From NCBI GenBank assembly GCA_964057225.1, contig OZ059894.1:11408001-11472000 (forward strand): a stretch of 64,000 nt of DNA, in the 5' to 3' direction. The notes below the pieces were generated by a model that was not told where the DNA came from, did not search any database, and was given only the letters and a program-made list of their open reading frames with translations. Made by a program: the position numbers and the translations under genes. Position 1 is the stretch's first letter, and every line of letters begins with the position of its first letter. The stretch is from Auanema rhodensis (lineage: Eukaryota > Animalia > Nematoda). Below, in pieces: positions 1 through 12,334 of the stretch.

Positions 1-34
1 GATGGCGTACTTTCAACGTGGTATGGTCGTAAGC
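1..34 (-). rRNA. 5S rRNA: 5S rRNA, 5' part (cut by window edge)
   Basis: Reverse complement GCTTACGACCATACCACGTTGAAAGTACGCCATC. Confidence 0.9.
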
Positions 35-263
35 AATGTTATATTCTTCATTATCAGTTATATCACTCTAAATCTTGTTGTTAATAGTTAGGACCACAAA
101 GAAAACAACAGGAACAGTAACAAATGAAATGCCCAAACTTTACAGTGTTCGAGTTATTTACAGTATCTAAGACTACCTCTGTCGTGTTATTAGAGCAAAC
201 ATTCGATTAACAACAACTTTTTTTTAGTTATCAAAGCTTTTTTATTTCTTCAAAAAATTTCAA

Positions 264-276
264 ATAAAATATAAAA
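264..276 (-). terminator. Pol III oligo-dT terminator of 5S (same after every 5S copy)
   Basis: Minus strand reads TTTTATATTTTAT directly after the 5S 3' end. Confidence 0.75.
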
Positions 277-394
277 GCTTACGACACCCGGGATTCCCAA
301 GCCGTCTCCGATCCAAGTACTAACCGGGCCCAACGTTGCTTGACTTGCCAGATCGGACGGGATGGCGTACTTTCAACGTGGTATGGTCGTAAGC
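276..394 (-). rRNA. 5S rRNA: 5S rRNA (119 nt)
   Basis: Reverse complement GCTTACGACCATACCACGTTGAAAG...GTTAGTACTTGGATCGGAGACGGCTTGGGAATCCCGGGTGTCGTAAGCT. Complementary ends, internal box C, followed by a T-run; closely resembles nematode 5S. Confidence 0.97.
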
Positions 395-536
395 AATGTC
401 ATATTCTTCATTATCAGTTATATCACTCTAAATCTTGTTGTTAATAGATACGACCACAAAGAAAACAACAGGAACAGTAACAATAACAAATAAAATTTTT
501 TTTTCACCTATGTGTCTAAAGGTTAGCCATGTATCC

Positions 537-539
<3 letters not shown>

Positions 540-588
<49 letters not shown>
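540..588. repeat. (TA)n microsatellite, one per unit, about 16-34 repeats
   Basis: Seen in every unit between GTATCCGTT and CAACAGTAAAAAG; long at ~24710-24778, short at ~41860-41891. Confidence 0.97.
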
Positions 589-590
<2 letters not shown>

Positions 591-1404
591 ACAGTAAAAA
601 GTCCAATCAAGAGAGAAATTTTTTCAACACATAGTTGTTTTTTTTTTAAATATCATTGTTTTTCCTCATAACTCGGTTTAAACTCGTTCTAACCCGTTGA
701 AATACGTCTAGAAAGTCTTTATAACATGCATATGTATGATAGAACTTCATATTTATTGTAATAGAAAATTTTATTTTCAGACGTCTTGGTTAACAATGAT
801 ATGTTTTACCCCCTTATAATTTTTATCATAATGTTCCTTATACGGAACGCTCAATGAAACTTGCTTCCAGAAAAATTTCTTTCTATTTTTTCTTCATATG
901 TACGTAGATACTATAGAGAACTATGATAGAAAACTTTAACATTCACGAAATCATCATTTCTCATTACGCTACGGAGGTTTAAAAAGCTGTGTTTTACCTT
1001 ATAATAGACCGGAAAACCCTTGTGTTAAAACTGGACCGTTTTTACACATATAAAAATGTCCCGTATTCGGGACCCTAATGTAACTTTTGATTCCCTATAT
1101 TTTTTTTCATGAAATTTACAATCTACTGTAGAAAGAAGAATTATTTTTATAAAAACTGTAAATTTTTGAAAAATGAAAACAAAACGAAAACAAAAACAAC
1201 TTTTTTTTGAACATTTTCTCACACAAGGGTCCCCCCTTACCTACTTTTTTTCTCATTACTCGTTTCAACCTCATCCGATCACTCTGCAAACATGTTTAAT
1301 CGTTCTAACTTGTTGAAATACGTCTTAAAAGTCTAAACAACATGCATATGCATAATAGAAACCACCCGAATAGGCCCCCACGCACTAAACGAGATATATA
1401 CATT

Positions 1405-1720
1405 ACCAGTATAGTAATAGAACACATATTGAAGATTAATTCGATAAGAACAATTTATTGACGTAGAGAATGTTTGTTCCGAAAAACTACAATATTAAAC
1501 TATAAAAGTAACAAAAGCGTAGAGGCAGCAAAGACATGAATAAACATAAATGTAAATACAGAATTACCAGGTAGTACATAAGTATGACAAAAAATTATAA
1601 GAAAGCCATGAAAATAGAAGGTTTGTGAACAAATGAGAGGTACATCTTTGATCGTATAGTCATTTCTAAACCGTTCGTATGCTGCAGCATCGTCATAAGC
1701 GTCACTCAAGTTGAATTTCC
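1405..1720 (-). mobile_element. Degenerate relic of element B tandem junction (B 3' end + U2 nt 39-78 + B 5' start); present in 17 units
   Basis: 1416-1455 matches U2 nt 39-78 at 36/40; 1456-1499 matches 63137-63180 at 38/44; ACCAGTATAG (1405-1414) is identical to 63915-63924; patchier similarity extends to ~1720. Confidence 0.8.
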
Positions 1721-1770
1721 ATGTGTACTACACGATTTTCATTCTTATTGTTACATTCTTTCCCTGAGGG

Positions 1771-1956
1771 AATGGGCCGTTCCCGCCAGCAGTGCAAGAG
1801 CGGGTCGACCCGTGAGGTGGAGCTAGCAAGCCAGCATCTACCTCAAGTCTCAAAAATCGGTTAACCTTATTGTGAACCAATGGAACACATATCGAAGGTT
1901 AATTCGATAAGAACGATTACTACACTTTGATCTTAGCCAAAAGGCCGAGAAGCGAT
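1771..1956 (-). ncRNA. U2: U2 spliceosomal snRNA (~186 nt)
   Basis: Reverse complement ATCGCTTCTCGGCCTTTTGGCTAAGATCAAAGTGTAGTA..., stem IIa TATCGAA/TTCGATA, Sm site GATTTTTG, stem-loop IV with TTGCAC loop; 3' end approximate. Confidence 0.96.
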
Positions 1957-1994
1957 ACAGCATAGCCATGAGTATCAAAGACATCAAGCAAATG

Positions 1995-2020
1995 TATCGT
2001 ACTTGTTACGAGTGCACTCT
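1995..2020 (-). promoter_or_regulatory. Candidate snRNA proximal sequence element region (about -40 to -65 of U2)
   Basis: Position only: relatively GC-rich GTGCACTCGTAACAAGTACG at the usual PSE distance; no consensus match verified. Confidence 0.3.
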
Positions 2021-2398
2021 CTCATTTGAATATAAAAGTGTGGTTTGACAATCTTGACTGTACAGGTCATAAATGGCTCATATAAACTGTGGATTTACTC
2101 AACTTTTGGACTTATTTTTTTCTTATTCGAAGCGCTGCACTTTTTTCTATTCTTTTTATTCAAATACTTGTATATAGTTTTATATGTACGGTTGCAAAGT
2201 TTCCGAATATTTTATATATTTTTATACAATAATTAGGAGAAGGTTAATACAATGAAATCTCCCAACTTTACAGTGTTTGTATTGCTTACAGTATCTAGAA
2301 CAACCACTCTTGTAATATTAGAGCACATATCAATCAACAACTTTTTCTAGTTATCAAAGCTTTTTTATTTCTTCAAGATATTTCAAATAAAATATAAA

Positions 2399-2517
2399 AG
2401 CTTACGACACCCGGGATTCCCAAGCCGTCTCCGATCCAAGTACTAACCGGGCCCAACGTTGCTTGACTTGCCAGATCGGACGGGATGGCGTACTTTCAAC
2501 GTGGTATGGTCGTAAGC
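2399..2517 (-). rRNA. 5S rRNA: 5S rRNA
   Basis: Same sequence as 276-394. Confidence 0.96.
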
Positions 2518-2758
2518 AATGTTATATTCTTCATTATCAGTTATATCACTCTAAATCTTGTTGTTAATAGTTAGGACCACAAAGAAAACAACAGGAACAG
2601 TAACAAATGAAATGCCCAAACTTTACAGTGTTCGAGTTATTTACAGTATCTAAGACTACCTCTGTCGTGTTATTAGAGCAAACATTCGATTAACAACAAC
2701 TTTTTTTTAGTTATCAAAGCTTTTTTATTTCTTCAAAAAATTTCAAATAAAATATAAA

Positions 2759-2877
2759 AGCTTACGACACCCGGGATTCCCAAGCCGTCTCCGATCCAAG
2801 TACTAACCGGGCCCAACGTTGCTTGACTTGCCAGATCGGACGGGATGGCGTACTTTCAACGTGGTATGGTCGTAAGC
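2759..2877 (-). rRNA. 5S rRNA: 5S rRNA
   Basis: Same sequence as 276-394. Confidence 0.96.
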
Positions 2878-3019
2878 AATGTCATATTCTTCATTATCAG
2901 TTATATCACTCTAAATCTTGTTGTTAATAGATACGACCACAAAGAAAACAACAGGAACAGTAACAATAACAAAAAAAATTTTTTTTTCACCTATGTGTCT
3001 AAAGGTTAGCCATGTATCC

Positions 3020-3069
<50 letters not shown>

Positions 3070-4249
3070 ACAGTAAAAAGTCCAATCAAGAGAGAAATTT
3101 TTTCAACACATAGTTGTTTTTTTTTTAAATATCATTGTTTTTCCTCATAACTCGGTTTAAACTCGTTCTAACCCGTTGAAATACGTCTAGAAAGTCTTTA
3201 TAACATGCATATGTATGATAGAACTTCATATTTATTGTAATAGAAAATTTTATTTTCAGACGTCTTGGTTAACAATGATATGTTTTACCCCCTTATAATT
3301 TTTATCATAATGTTCCTTATACGGAACGCTCAATGAAACTTGCTTCCAGAAAAATTTCTTTCTATTTTTTCTTCATATGTACGTAGATACTATAGAGAAC
3401 TATGATAGAAAACTTTAACATTCACGAAATCATCATTTCTCATTACGCTACGGAGGTTTAAAAAGCTGTGTTTTACCTTATAATAGACCGGAAAACCCTT
3501 GTGTTAAAACTGGACCGTTTTTACACATATAAAAATGTCCCGTATTCGGGACCCTAATGTAACTTTTGATTCCCTATATTTTTTTTCATGAAATTTACAA
3601 TCTACTGTAGAAAGAAGAATTATTTTTATAAAAACTGTAAATTTTTGAAAAATGAAAACAAAACGAAAACAAAAACAACTTTTTTTTGAACATTTTCTCA
3701 CACAAGGGTCCCCCCTTACCTACTTTTTTTCTCATTACTCGTTTCAACCTCATCCGATCACTCTGCAAACATGTTTAATCGTTCTAACTTGTTGAAATAC
3801 GTCTTAAAAGTCTAAACAACATGCATATGCATAATAGAAACCACCCGAATAGGCCCCCACGCACTAAACGAGATATATACATTACCAGTATAGTAATAGA
3901 ACACATATTGAAGATTAATTCGATAAGAACAATTTATTGACGTAGAGAATGTTTGTTCCGAAAAACTACAATATTAAACTATAAAAGTAACAAAAGCGTA
4001 GAGGCAGCAAAGACATGAATAAACATAAATGTAAATACAGAATTACCAGGTAGTACATAAGTATGACAAAAAATTATAAGAAAGCCATGAAAATAGAAGG
4101 TTTGTGAACAAATGAGAGGTACATCTTTGATCGTATAGTCATTTCTAAACCGTTCGTATGCTGCAGCATCGTCATAAGCGTCACTCAAGTTGAATTTCCA
4201 TGTGTACTACACGATTTTCATTCTTATTGTTACATTCTTTCCCTGAGGG

Positions 4250-4435
4250 AATGGGCCGTTCCCGCCAGCAGTGCAAGAGCGGGTCGACCCGTGAGGTGGA
4301 GCTAGCAAGCCAGCATCTACCTCAAGTCTCAAAAATCGGTTAACCTTATTGTGAACCAATGGAACACATATCGAAGGTTAATTCGATAAGAACGATTACT
4401 ACACTTTGATCTTAGCCAAAAGGCCGAGAAGCGAT
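4250..4435 (-). ncRNA. U2: U2 snRNA
   Basis: Same sequence as 1771-1956. Confidence 0.95.
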
Positions 4436-4877
4436 ACAGCATAGCCATGAGTATCAAAGACATCAAGCAAATGTATCGTACTTGTTACGAGTGCACTCTC
4501 TCATTTGAATATAAAAGTGTGGTTTGACAATCTTGACTGTACAGGTCATAAATGGCTCATATAAACTGTGGATTTACTCAACTTTTGGACTTATTTTTTT
4601 CTTATTCGAAGCGCTGCACTTTTTTCTATTCTTTTTATTCAAATACTTGTATATAGTTTTATATGTACGGTTGCAAAGTTTCCGAATATTTTATATATTT
4701 TTATACAATAATTAGGAGAAGGTTAATACAATGAAATCTCCCAACTTTACAGTGTTTGTATTGCTTACAGTATCTAGAACAACCACTCTTGTAATATTAG
4801 AGCACATATCAATCAACAACTTTTTCTAGTTATCAAAGCTTTTTTATTTCTTCAAGATATTTCAAATAAAATATAAA

Positions 4878-4996
4878 AGCTTACGACACCCGGGATTCCC
4901 AAGCCGTCTCCGATCCAAGTACTAACCGGGCCCAACGTTGCTTGACTTGCCAGATCGGACGGGATGGCGTACTTTCAACGTGGTATGGTCGTAAGC
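4878..4996 (-). rRNA. 5S rRNA: 5S rRNA
   Basis: Array copy. Confidence 0.96.
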
Positions 4997-5237
4997 AATG
5001 TTATATTCTTCATTATCAGTTATATCACTCTAAATCTTGTTGTTAATAGTTAGGACCACAAAGAAAACAACAGGAACAGTAACAAATGAAATGCCCAAAC
5101 TTTACAGTGTTCGAGTTATTTACAGTATCTAAGACTACCTCTGTCGTGTTATTAGAGCAAACATTCGATTAACAACAACTTTTTTTTAGTTATCAAAGCT
5201 TTTTTATTTCTTCAAAAAATTTCAAATAAAATATAAA

Positions 5238-5356
5238 AGCTTACGACACCCGGGATTCCCAAGCCGTCTCCGATCCAAGTACTAACCGGGCCCAACGTTG
5301 CTTGACTTGCCAGATCGGACGGGATGGCGTACTTTCAACGTGGTATGGTCGTAAGC
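5238..5356 (-). rRNA. 5S rRNA: 5S rRNA
   Basis: Array copy. Confidence 0.96.
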
Positions 5357-5498
5357 AATGTCATATTCTTCATTATCAGTTATATCACTCTAAATCTTGT
5401 TGTTAATAGATACGACCACAAAGAAAACAACAGGAACAGTAACAATAACAAAAAAAATTTTTTTTTCACCTATGTGTCTAAAGGTTAGCCATGTATCC

Positions 5499-5548
<50 letters not shown>

Positions 5549-6728
5549 ACAGTAAAAAGTCCAATCAAGAGAGAAATTTTTTCAACACATAGTTGTTTTT
5601 TTTTTAAATATCATTGTTTTTCCTCATAACTCGGTTTAAACTCGTTCTAACCCGTTGAAATACGTCTAGAAAGTCTTTATAACATGCATATGTATGATAG
5701 AACTTCATATTTATTGTAATAGAAAATTTTATTTTCAGACGTCTTGGTTAACAATGATATGTTTTACCCCCTTATAATTTTTATCATAATGTTCCTTATA
5801 CGGAACGCTCAATGAAACTTGCTTCCAGAAAAATTTCTTTCTATTTTTTCTTCATATGTACGTAGATACTATAGAGAACTATGATAGAAAACTTTAACAT
5901 TCACGAAATCATCATTTCTCATTACGCTACGGAGGTTTAAAAAGCTGTGTTTTACCTTATAATAGACCGGAAAACCCTTGTGTTAAAACTGGACCGTTTT
6001 TACACATATAAAAATGTCCCGTATTCGGGACCCTAATGTAACTTTTGATTCCCTATATTTTTTTTCATGAAATTTACAATCTACTGTAGAAAGAAGAATT
6101 ATTTTTATAAAAACTGTAAATTTTTGAAAAATGAAAACAAAACGAAAACAAAAACAACTTTTTTTTGAACATTTTCTCACACAAGGGTCCCCCCTTACCT
6201 ACTTTTTTTCTCATTACTCGTTTCAACCTCATCCGATCACTCTGCAAACATGTTTAATCGTTCTAACTTGTTGAAATACGTCTTAAAAGTCTAAACAACA
6301 TGCATATGCATAATAGAAACCACCCGAATAGGCCCCCACGCACTAAACGAGATATATACATTACCAGTATAGTAATAGAACACATATTGAAGATTAATTC
6401 GATAAGAACAATTTATTGACGTAGAGAATGTTTGTTCCGAAAAACTACAATATTAAACTATAAAAGTAACAAAAGCGTAGAGGCAGCAAAGACATGAATA
6501 AACATAAATGTAAATACAGAATTACCAGGTAGTACATAAGTATGACAAAAAATTATAAGAAAGCCATGAAAATAGAAGGTTTGTGAACAAATGAGAGGTA
6601 CATCTTTGATCGTATAGTCATTTCTAAACCGTTCGTATGCTGCAGCATCGTCATAAGCGTCACTCAAGTTGAATTTCCATGTGTACTACACGATTTTCAT
6701 TCTTATTGTTACATTCTTTCCCTGAGGG

Positions 6729-6914
6729 AATGGGCCGTTCCCGCCAGCAGTGCAAGAGCGGGTCGACCCGTGAGGTGGAGCTAGCAAGCCAGCATCTACC
6801 TCAAGTCTCAAAAATCGGTTAACCTTATTGTGAACCAATGGAACACATATCGAAGGTTAATTCGATAAGAACGATTACTACACTTTGATCTTAGCCAAAA
6901 GGCCGAGAAGCGAT
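6729..6914 (-). ncRNA. U2: U2 snRNA
   Basis: Array copy. Confidence 0.95.
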
Positions 6915-7356
6915 ACAGCATAGCCATGAGTATCAAAGACATCAAGCAAATGTATCGTACTTGTTACGAGTGCACTCTCTCATTTGAATATAAAAGTGTG
7001 GTTTGACAATCTTGACTGTACAGGTCATAAATGGCTCATATAAACTGTGGATTTACTCAACTTTTGGACTTATTTTTTTCTTATTCGAAGCGCTGCACTT
7101 TTTTCTATTCTTTTTATTCAAATACTTGTATATAGTTTTATATGTACGGTTGCAAAGTTTCCGAATATTTTATATATTTTTATACAATAATTAGGAGAAG
7201 GTTAATACAATGAAATCTCCCAACTTTACAGTGTTTGTATTGCTTACAGTATCTAGAACAACCACTCTTGTAATATTAGAGCACATATCAATCAACAACT
7301 TTTTCTAGTTATCAAAGCTTTTTTATTTCTTCAAGATATTTCAAATAAAATATAAA

Positions 7357-7475
7357 AGCTTACGACACCCGGGATTCCCAAGCCGTCTCCGATCCAAGTA
7401 CTAACCGGGCCCAACGTTGCTTGACTTGCCAGATCGGACGGGATGGCGTACTTTCAACGTGGTATGGTCGTAAGC
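7357..7475 (-). rRNA. 5S rRNA: 5S rRNA
   Basis: Array copy. Confidence 0.96.
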
Positions 7476-7716
7476 AATGTTATATTCTTCATTATCAGTT
7501 ATATCACTCTAAATCTTGTTGTTAATAGTTAGGACCACAAAGAAAACAACAGGAACAGTAACAAATGAAATGCCCAAACTTTACAGTGTTCGAGTTATTT
7601 ACAGTATCTAAGACTACCTCTGTCGTGTTATTAGAGCAAACATTCGATTAACAACAACTTTTTTTTAGTTATCAAAGCTTTTTTATTTCTTCAAAAAATT
7701 TCAAATAAAATATAAA

Positions 7717-7835
7717 AGCTTACGACACCCGGGATTCCCAAGCCGTCTCCGATCCAAGTACTAACCGGGCCCAACGTTGCTTGACTTGCCAGATCGGACG
7801 GGATGGCGTACTTTCAACGTGGTATGGTCGTAAGC
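7717..7835 (-). rRNA. 5S rRNA: 5S rRNA
   Basis: Array copy. Confidence 0.96.
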
Positions 7836-7977
7836 AATGTCATATTCTTCATTATCAGTTATATCACTCTAAATCTTGTTGTTAATAGATACGACCACAA
7901 AGAAAACAACAGGAACAGTAACAATAACAAATAAAATTTTTTTTTCACCTATGTGTCTAAAGGTTAGCCATGTATCC

Positions 7978-8035
<58 letters not shown>

Positions 8036-9215
8036 ACAGTAAAAAGTCCAATCAAGAGAGAAATTTTTTCAACACATAGTTGTTTTTTTTTTAAATATCA
8101 TTGTTTTTCCTCATAACTCGGTTTAAACTCGTTCTAACCCGTTGAAATACGTCTAGAAAGTCTTTATAACATGCATATGTATGATAGAACTTCATATTTA
8201 TTGTAATAGAAAATTTTATTTTCAGACGTCTTGGTTAACAATGATATGTTTTACCCCCTTATAATTTTTATCATAATGTTCCTTATACGGAACGCTCAAT
8301 GAAACTTGCTTCCAGAAAAATTTCTTTCTATTTTTTCTTCATATGTACGTAGATACTATAGAGAACTATGATAGAAAACTTTAACATTCACGAAATCATC
8401 ATTTCTCATTACGCTACGGAGGTTTAAAAAGCTGTGTTTTACCTTATAATAGACCGGAAAACCCTTGTGTTAAAACTGGACCGTTTTTACACATATAAAA
8501 ATGTCCCGTATTCGGGACCCTAATGTAACTTTTGATTCCCTATATTTTTTTTCATGAAATTTACAATCTACTGTAGAAAGAAGAATTATTTTTATAAAAA
8601 CTGTAAATTTTTGAAAAATGAAAACAAAACGAAAACAAAAACAACTTTTTTTTGAACATTTTCTCACACAAGGGTCCCCCCTTACCTACTTTTTTTCTCA
8701 TTACTCGTTTCAACCTCATCCGATCACTCTGCAAACATGTTTAATCGTTCTAACTTGTTGAAATACGTCTTAAAAGTCTAAACAACATGCATATGCATAA
8801 TAGAAACCACCCGAATAGGCCCCCACGCACTAAACGAGATATATACATTACCAGTATAGTAATAGAACACATATTGAAGATTAATTCGATAAGAACAATT
8901 TATTGACGTAGAGAATGTTTGTTCCGAAAAACTACAATATTAAACTATAAAAGTAACAAAAGCGTAGAGGCAGCAAAGACATGAATAAACATAAATGTAA
9001 ATACAGAATTACCAGGTAGTACATAAGTATGACAAAAAATTATAAGAAAGCCATGAAAATAGAAGGTTTGTGAACAAATGAGAGGTACATCTTTGATCGT
9101 ATAGTCATTTCTAAACCGTTCGTATGCTGCAGCATCGTCATAAGCGTCACTCAAGTTGAATTTCCATGTGTACTACACGATTTTCATTCTTATTGTTACA
9201 TTCTTTCCCTGAGGG

Positions 9216-9401
9216 AATGGGCCGTTCCCGCCAGCAGTGCAAGAGCGGGTCGACCCGTGAGGTGGAGCTAGCAAGCCAGCATCTACCTCAAGTCTCAAAA
9301 ATCGGTTAACCTTATTGTGAACCAATGGAACACATATCGAAGGTTAATTCGATAAGAACGATTACTACACTTTGATCTTAGCCAAAAGGCCGAGAAGCGA
9401 T
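9216..9401 (-). ncRNA. U2: U2 snRNA
   Basis: Array copy. Confidence 0.95.
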
Positions 9402-9843
9402 ACAGCATAGCCATGAGTATCAAAGACATCAAGCAAATGTATCGTACTTGTTACGAGTGCACTCTCTCATTTGAATATAAAAGTGTGGTTTGACAATCTT
9501 GACTGTACAGGTCATAAATGGCTCATATAAACTGTGGATTTACTCAACTTTTGGACTTATTTTTTTCTTATTCGAAGCGCTGCACTTTTTTCTATTCTTT
9601 TTATTCAAATACTTGTATATAGTTTTATATGTACGGTTGCAAAGTTTCCGAATATTTTATATATTTTTATACAATAATTAGGAGAAGGTTAATACAATGA
9701 AATCTCCCAACTTTACAGTGTTTGTATTGCTTACAGTATCTAGAACAACCACTCTTGTAATATTAGAGCACATATCAATCAACAACTTTTTCTAGTTATC
9801 AAAGCTTTTTTATTTCTTCAAGATATTTCAAATAAAATATAAA

Positions 9844-9962
9844 AGCTTACGACACCCGGGATTCCCAAGCCGTCTCCGATCCAAGTACTAACCGGGCCCA
9901 ACGTTGCTTGACTTGCCAGATCGGACGGGATGGCGTACTTTCAACGTGGTATGGTCGTAAGC
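9844..9962 (-). rRNA. 5S rRNA: 5S rRNA
   Basis: Array copy. Confidence 0.96.
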
Positions 9963-10203
9963 AATGTTATATTCTTCATTATCAGTTATATCACTCTAAA
10001 TCTTGTTGTTAATAGTTAGGACCACAAAGAAAACAACAGGAACAGTAACAAATGAAATGCCCAAACTTTACAGTGTTCGAGTTATTTACAGTATCTAAGA
10101 CTACCTCTGTCGTGTTATTAGAGCAAACATTCGATTAACAACAACTTTTTTTTAGTTATCAAAGCTTTTTTATTTCTTCAAAAAATTTCAAATAAAATAT
10201 AAA

Positions 10204-10322
10204 AGCTTACGACACCCGGGATTCCCAAGCCGTCTCCGATCCAAGTACTAACCGGGCCCAACGTTGCTTGACTTGCCAGATCGGACGGGATGGCGTACTT
10301 TCAACGTGGTATGGTCGTAAGC
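10204..10322 (-). rRNA. 5S rRNA: 5S rRNA
   Basis: Array copy. Confidence 0.96.
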
Positions 10323-10464
10323 AATGTCATATTCTTCATTATCAGTTATATCACTCTAAATCTTGTTGTTAATAGATACGACCACAAAGAAAACAACAGG
10401 AACAGTAACAATAACAAAAAAAATTTTTTTTTCACCTATGTGTCTAAAGGTTAGCCATGTATCC

Positions 10465-10526
<62 letters not shown>

Positions 10527-11706
10527 ACAGTAAAAAGTCCAATCAAGAGAGAAATTTTTTCAACACATAGTTGTTTTTTTTTTAAATATCATTGTTTTTC
10601 CTCATAACTCGGTTTAAACTCGTTCTAACCCGTTGAAATACGTCTAGAAAGTCTTTATAACATGCATATGTATGATAGAACTTCATATTTATTGTAATAG
10701 AAAATTTTATTTTCAGACGTCTTGGTTAACAATGATATGTTTTACCCCCTTATAATTTTTATCATAATGTTCCTTATACGGAACGCTCAATGAAACTTGC
10801 TTCCAGAAAAATTTCTTTCTATTTTTTCTTCATATGTACGTAGATACTATAGAGAACTATGATAGAAAACTTTAACATTCACGAAATCATCATTTCTCAT
10901 TACGCTACGGAGGTTTAAAAAGCTGTGTTTTACCTTATAATAGACCGGAAAACCCTTGTGTTAAAACTGGACCGTTTTTACACATATAAAAATGTCCCGT
11001 ATTCGGGACCCTAATGTAACTTTTGATTCCCTATATTTTTTTTCATGAAATTTACAATCTACTGTAGAAAGAAGAATTATTTTTATAAAAACTGTAAATT
11101 TTTGAAAAATGAAAACAAAACGAAAACAAAAACAACTTTTTTTTGAACATTTTCTCACACAAGGGTCCCCCCTTACCTACTTTTTTTCTCATTACTCGTT
11201 TCAACCTCATCCGATCACTCTGCAAACATGTTTAATCGTTCTAACTTGTTGAAATACGTCTTAAAAGTCTAAACAACATGCATATGCATAATAGAAACCA
11301 CCCGAATAGGCCCCCACGCACTAAACGAGATATATACATTACCAGTATAGTAATAGAACACATATTGAAGATTAATTCGATAAGAACAATTTATTGACGT
11401 AGAGAATGTTTGTTCCGAAAAACTACAATATTAAACTATAAAAGTAACAAAAGCGTAGAGGCAGCAAAGACATGAATAAACATAAATGTAAATACAGAAT
11501 TACCAGGTAGTACATAAGTATGACAAAAAATTATAAGAAAGCCATGAAAATAGAAGGTTTGTGAACAAATGAGAGGTACATCTTTGATCGTATAGTCATT
11601 TCTAAACCGTTCGTATGCTGCAGCATCGTCATAAGCGTCACTCAAGTTGAATTTCCATGTGTACTACACGATTTTCATTCTTATTGTTACATTCTTTCCC
11701 TGAGGG

Positions 11707-11892
11707 AATGGGCCGTTCCCGCCAGCAGTGCAAGAGCGGGTCGACCCGTGAGGTGGAGCTAGCAAGCCAGCATCTACCTCAAGTCTCAAAAATCGGTTAA
11801 CCTTATTGTGAACCAATGGAACACATATCGAAGGTTAATTCGATAAGAACGATTACTACACTTTGATCTTAGCCAAAAGGCCGAGAAGCGAT
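11707..11892 (-). ncRNA. U2: U2 snRNA
   Basis: Array copy. Confidence 0.95.
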
Positions 11893-12334
11893 ACAGCATA
11901 GCCATGAGTATCAAAGACATCAAGCAAATGTATCGTACTTGTTACGAGTGCACTCTCTCATTTGAATATAAAAGTGTGGTTTGACAATCTTGACTGTACA
12001 GGTCATAAATGGCTCATATAAACTGTGGATTTACTCAACTTTTGGACTTATTTTTTTCTTATTCGAAGCGCTGCACTTTTTTCTATTCTTTTTATTCAAA
12101 TACTTGTATATAGTTTTATATGTACGGTTGCAAAGTTTCCGAATATTTTATATATTTTTATACAATAATTAGGAGAAGGTTAATACAATGAAATCTCCCA
12201 ACTTTACAGTGTTTGTATTGCTTACAGTATCTAGAACAACCACTCTTGTAATATTAGAGCACATATCAATCAACAACTTTTTCTAGTTATCAAAGCTTTT
12301 TTATTTCTTCAAGATATTTCAAATAAAATATAAA

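Noticed and set aside
1416-1455. A second functional U2 or novel snRNA gene in the spacer
   Set aside because: Only 40 nt, lacking the 5' end, branch-recognition motif and Sm site; better explained as the element B junction relic
435-2236. Recurrent 60-84-aa spacer ORFs (MLLIDT..., MRKCSK..., MSDAYD..., MTILTV...)
   Set aside because: Low-complexity AT-rich translations, several with non-ATG starts; one runs through the (TA)n tract and changes frame between units. They recur only because the unit repeats.
2236-2275. Possible SL1 leader (GGTTAATAC...CCCAACTTTACAG)
   Set aside because: Does not match GGTTTAATTACCCAAGTTTGAG and lacks the following donor and SL RNA layout; a divergent SL cannot be fully excluded without a covariance search
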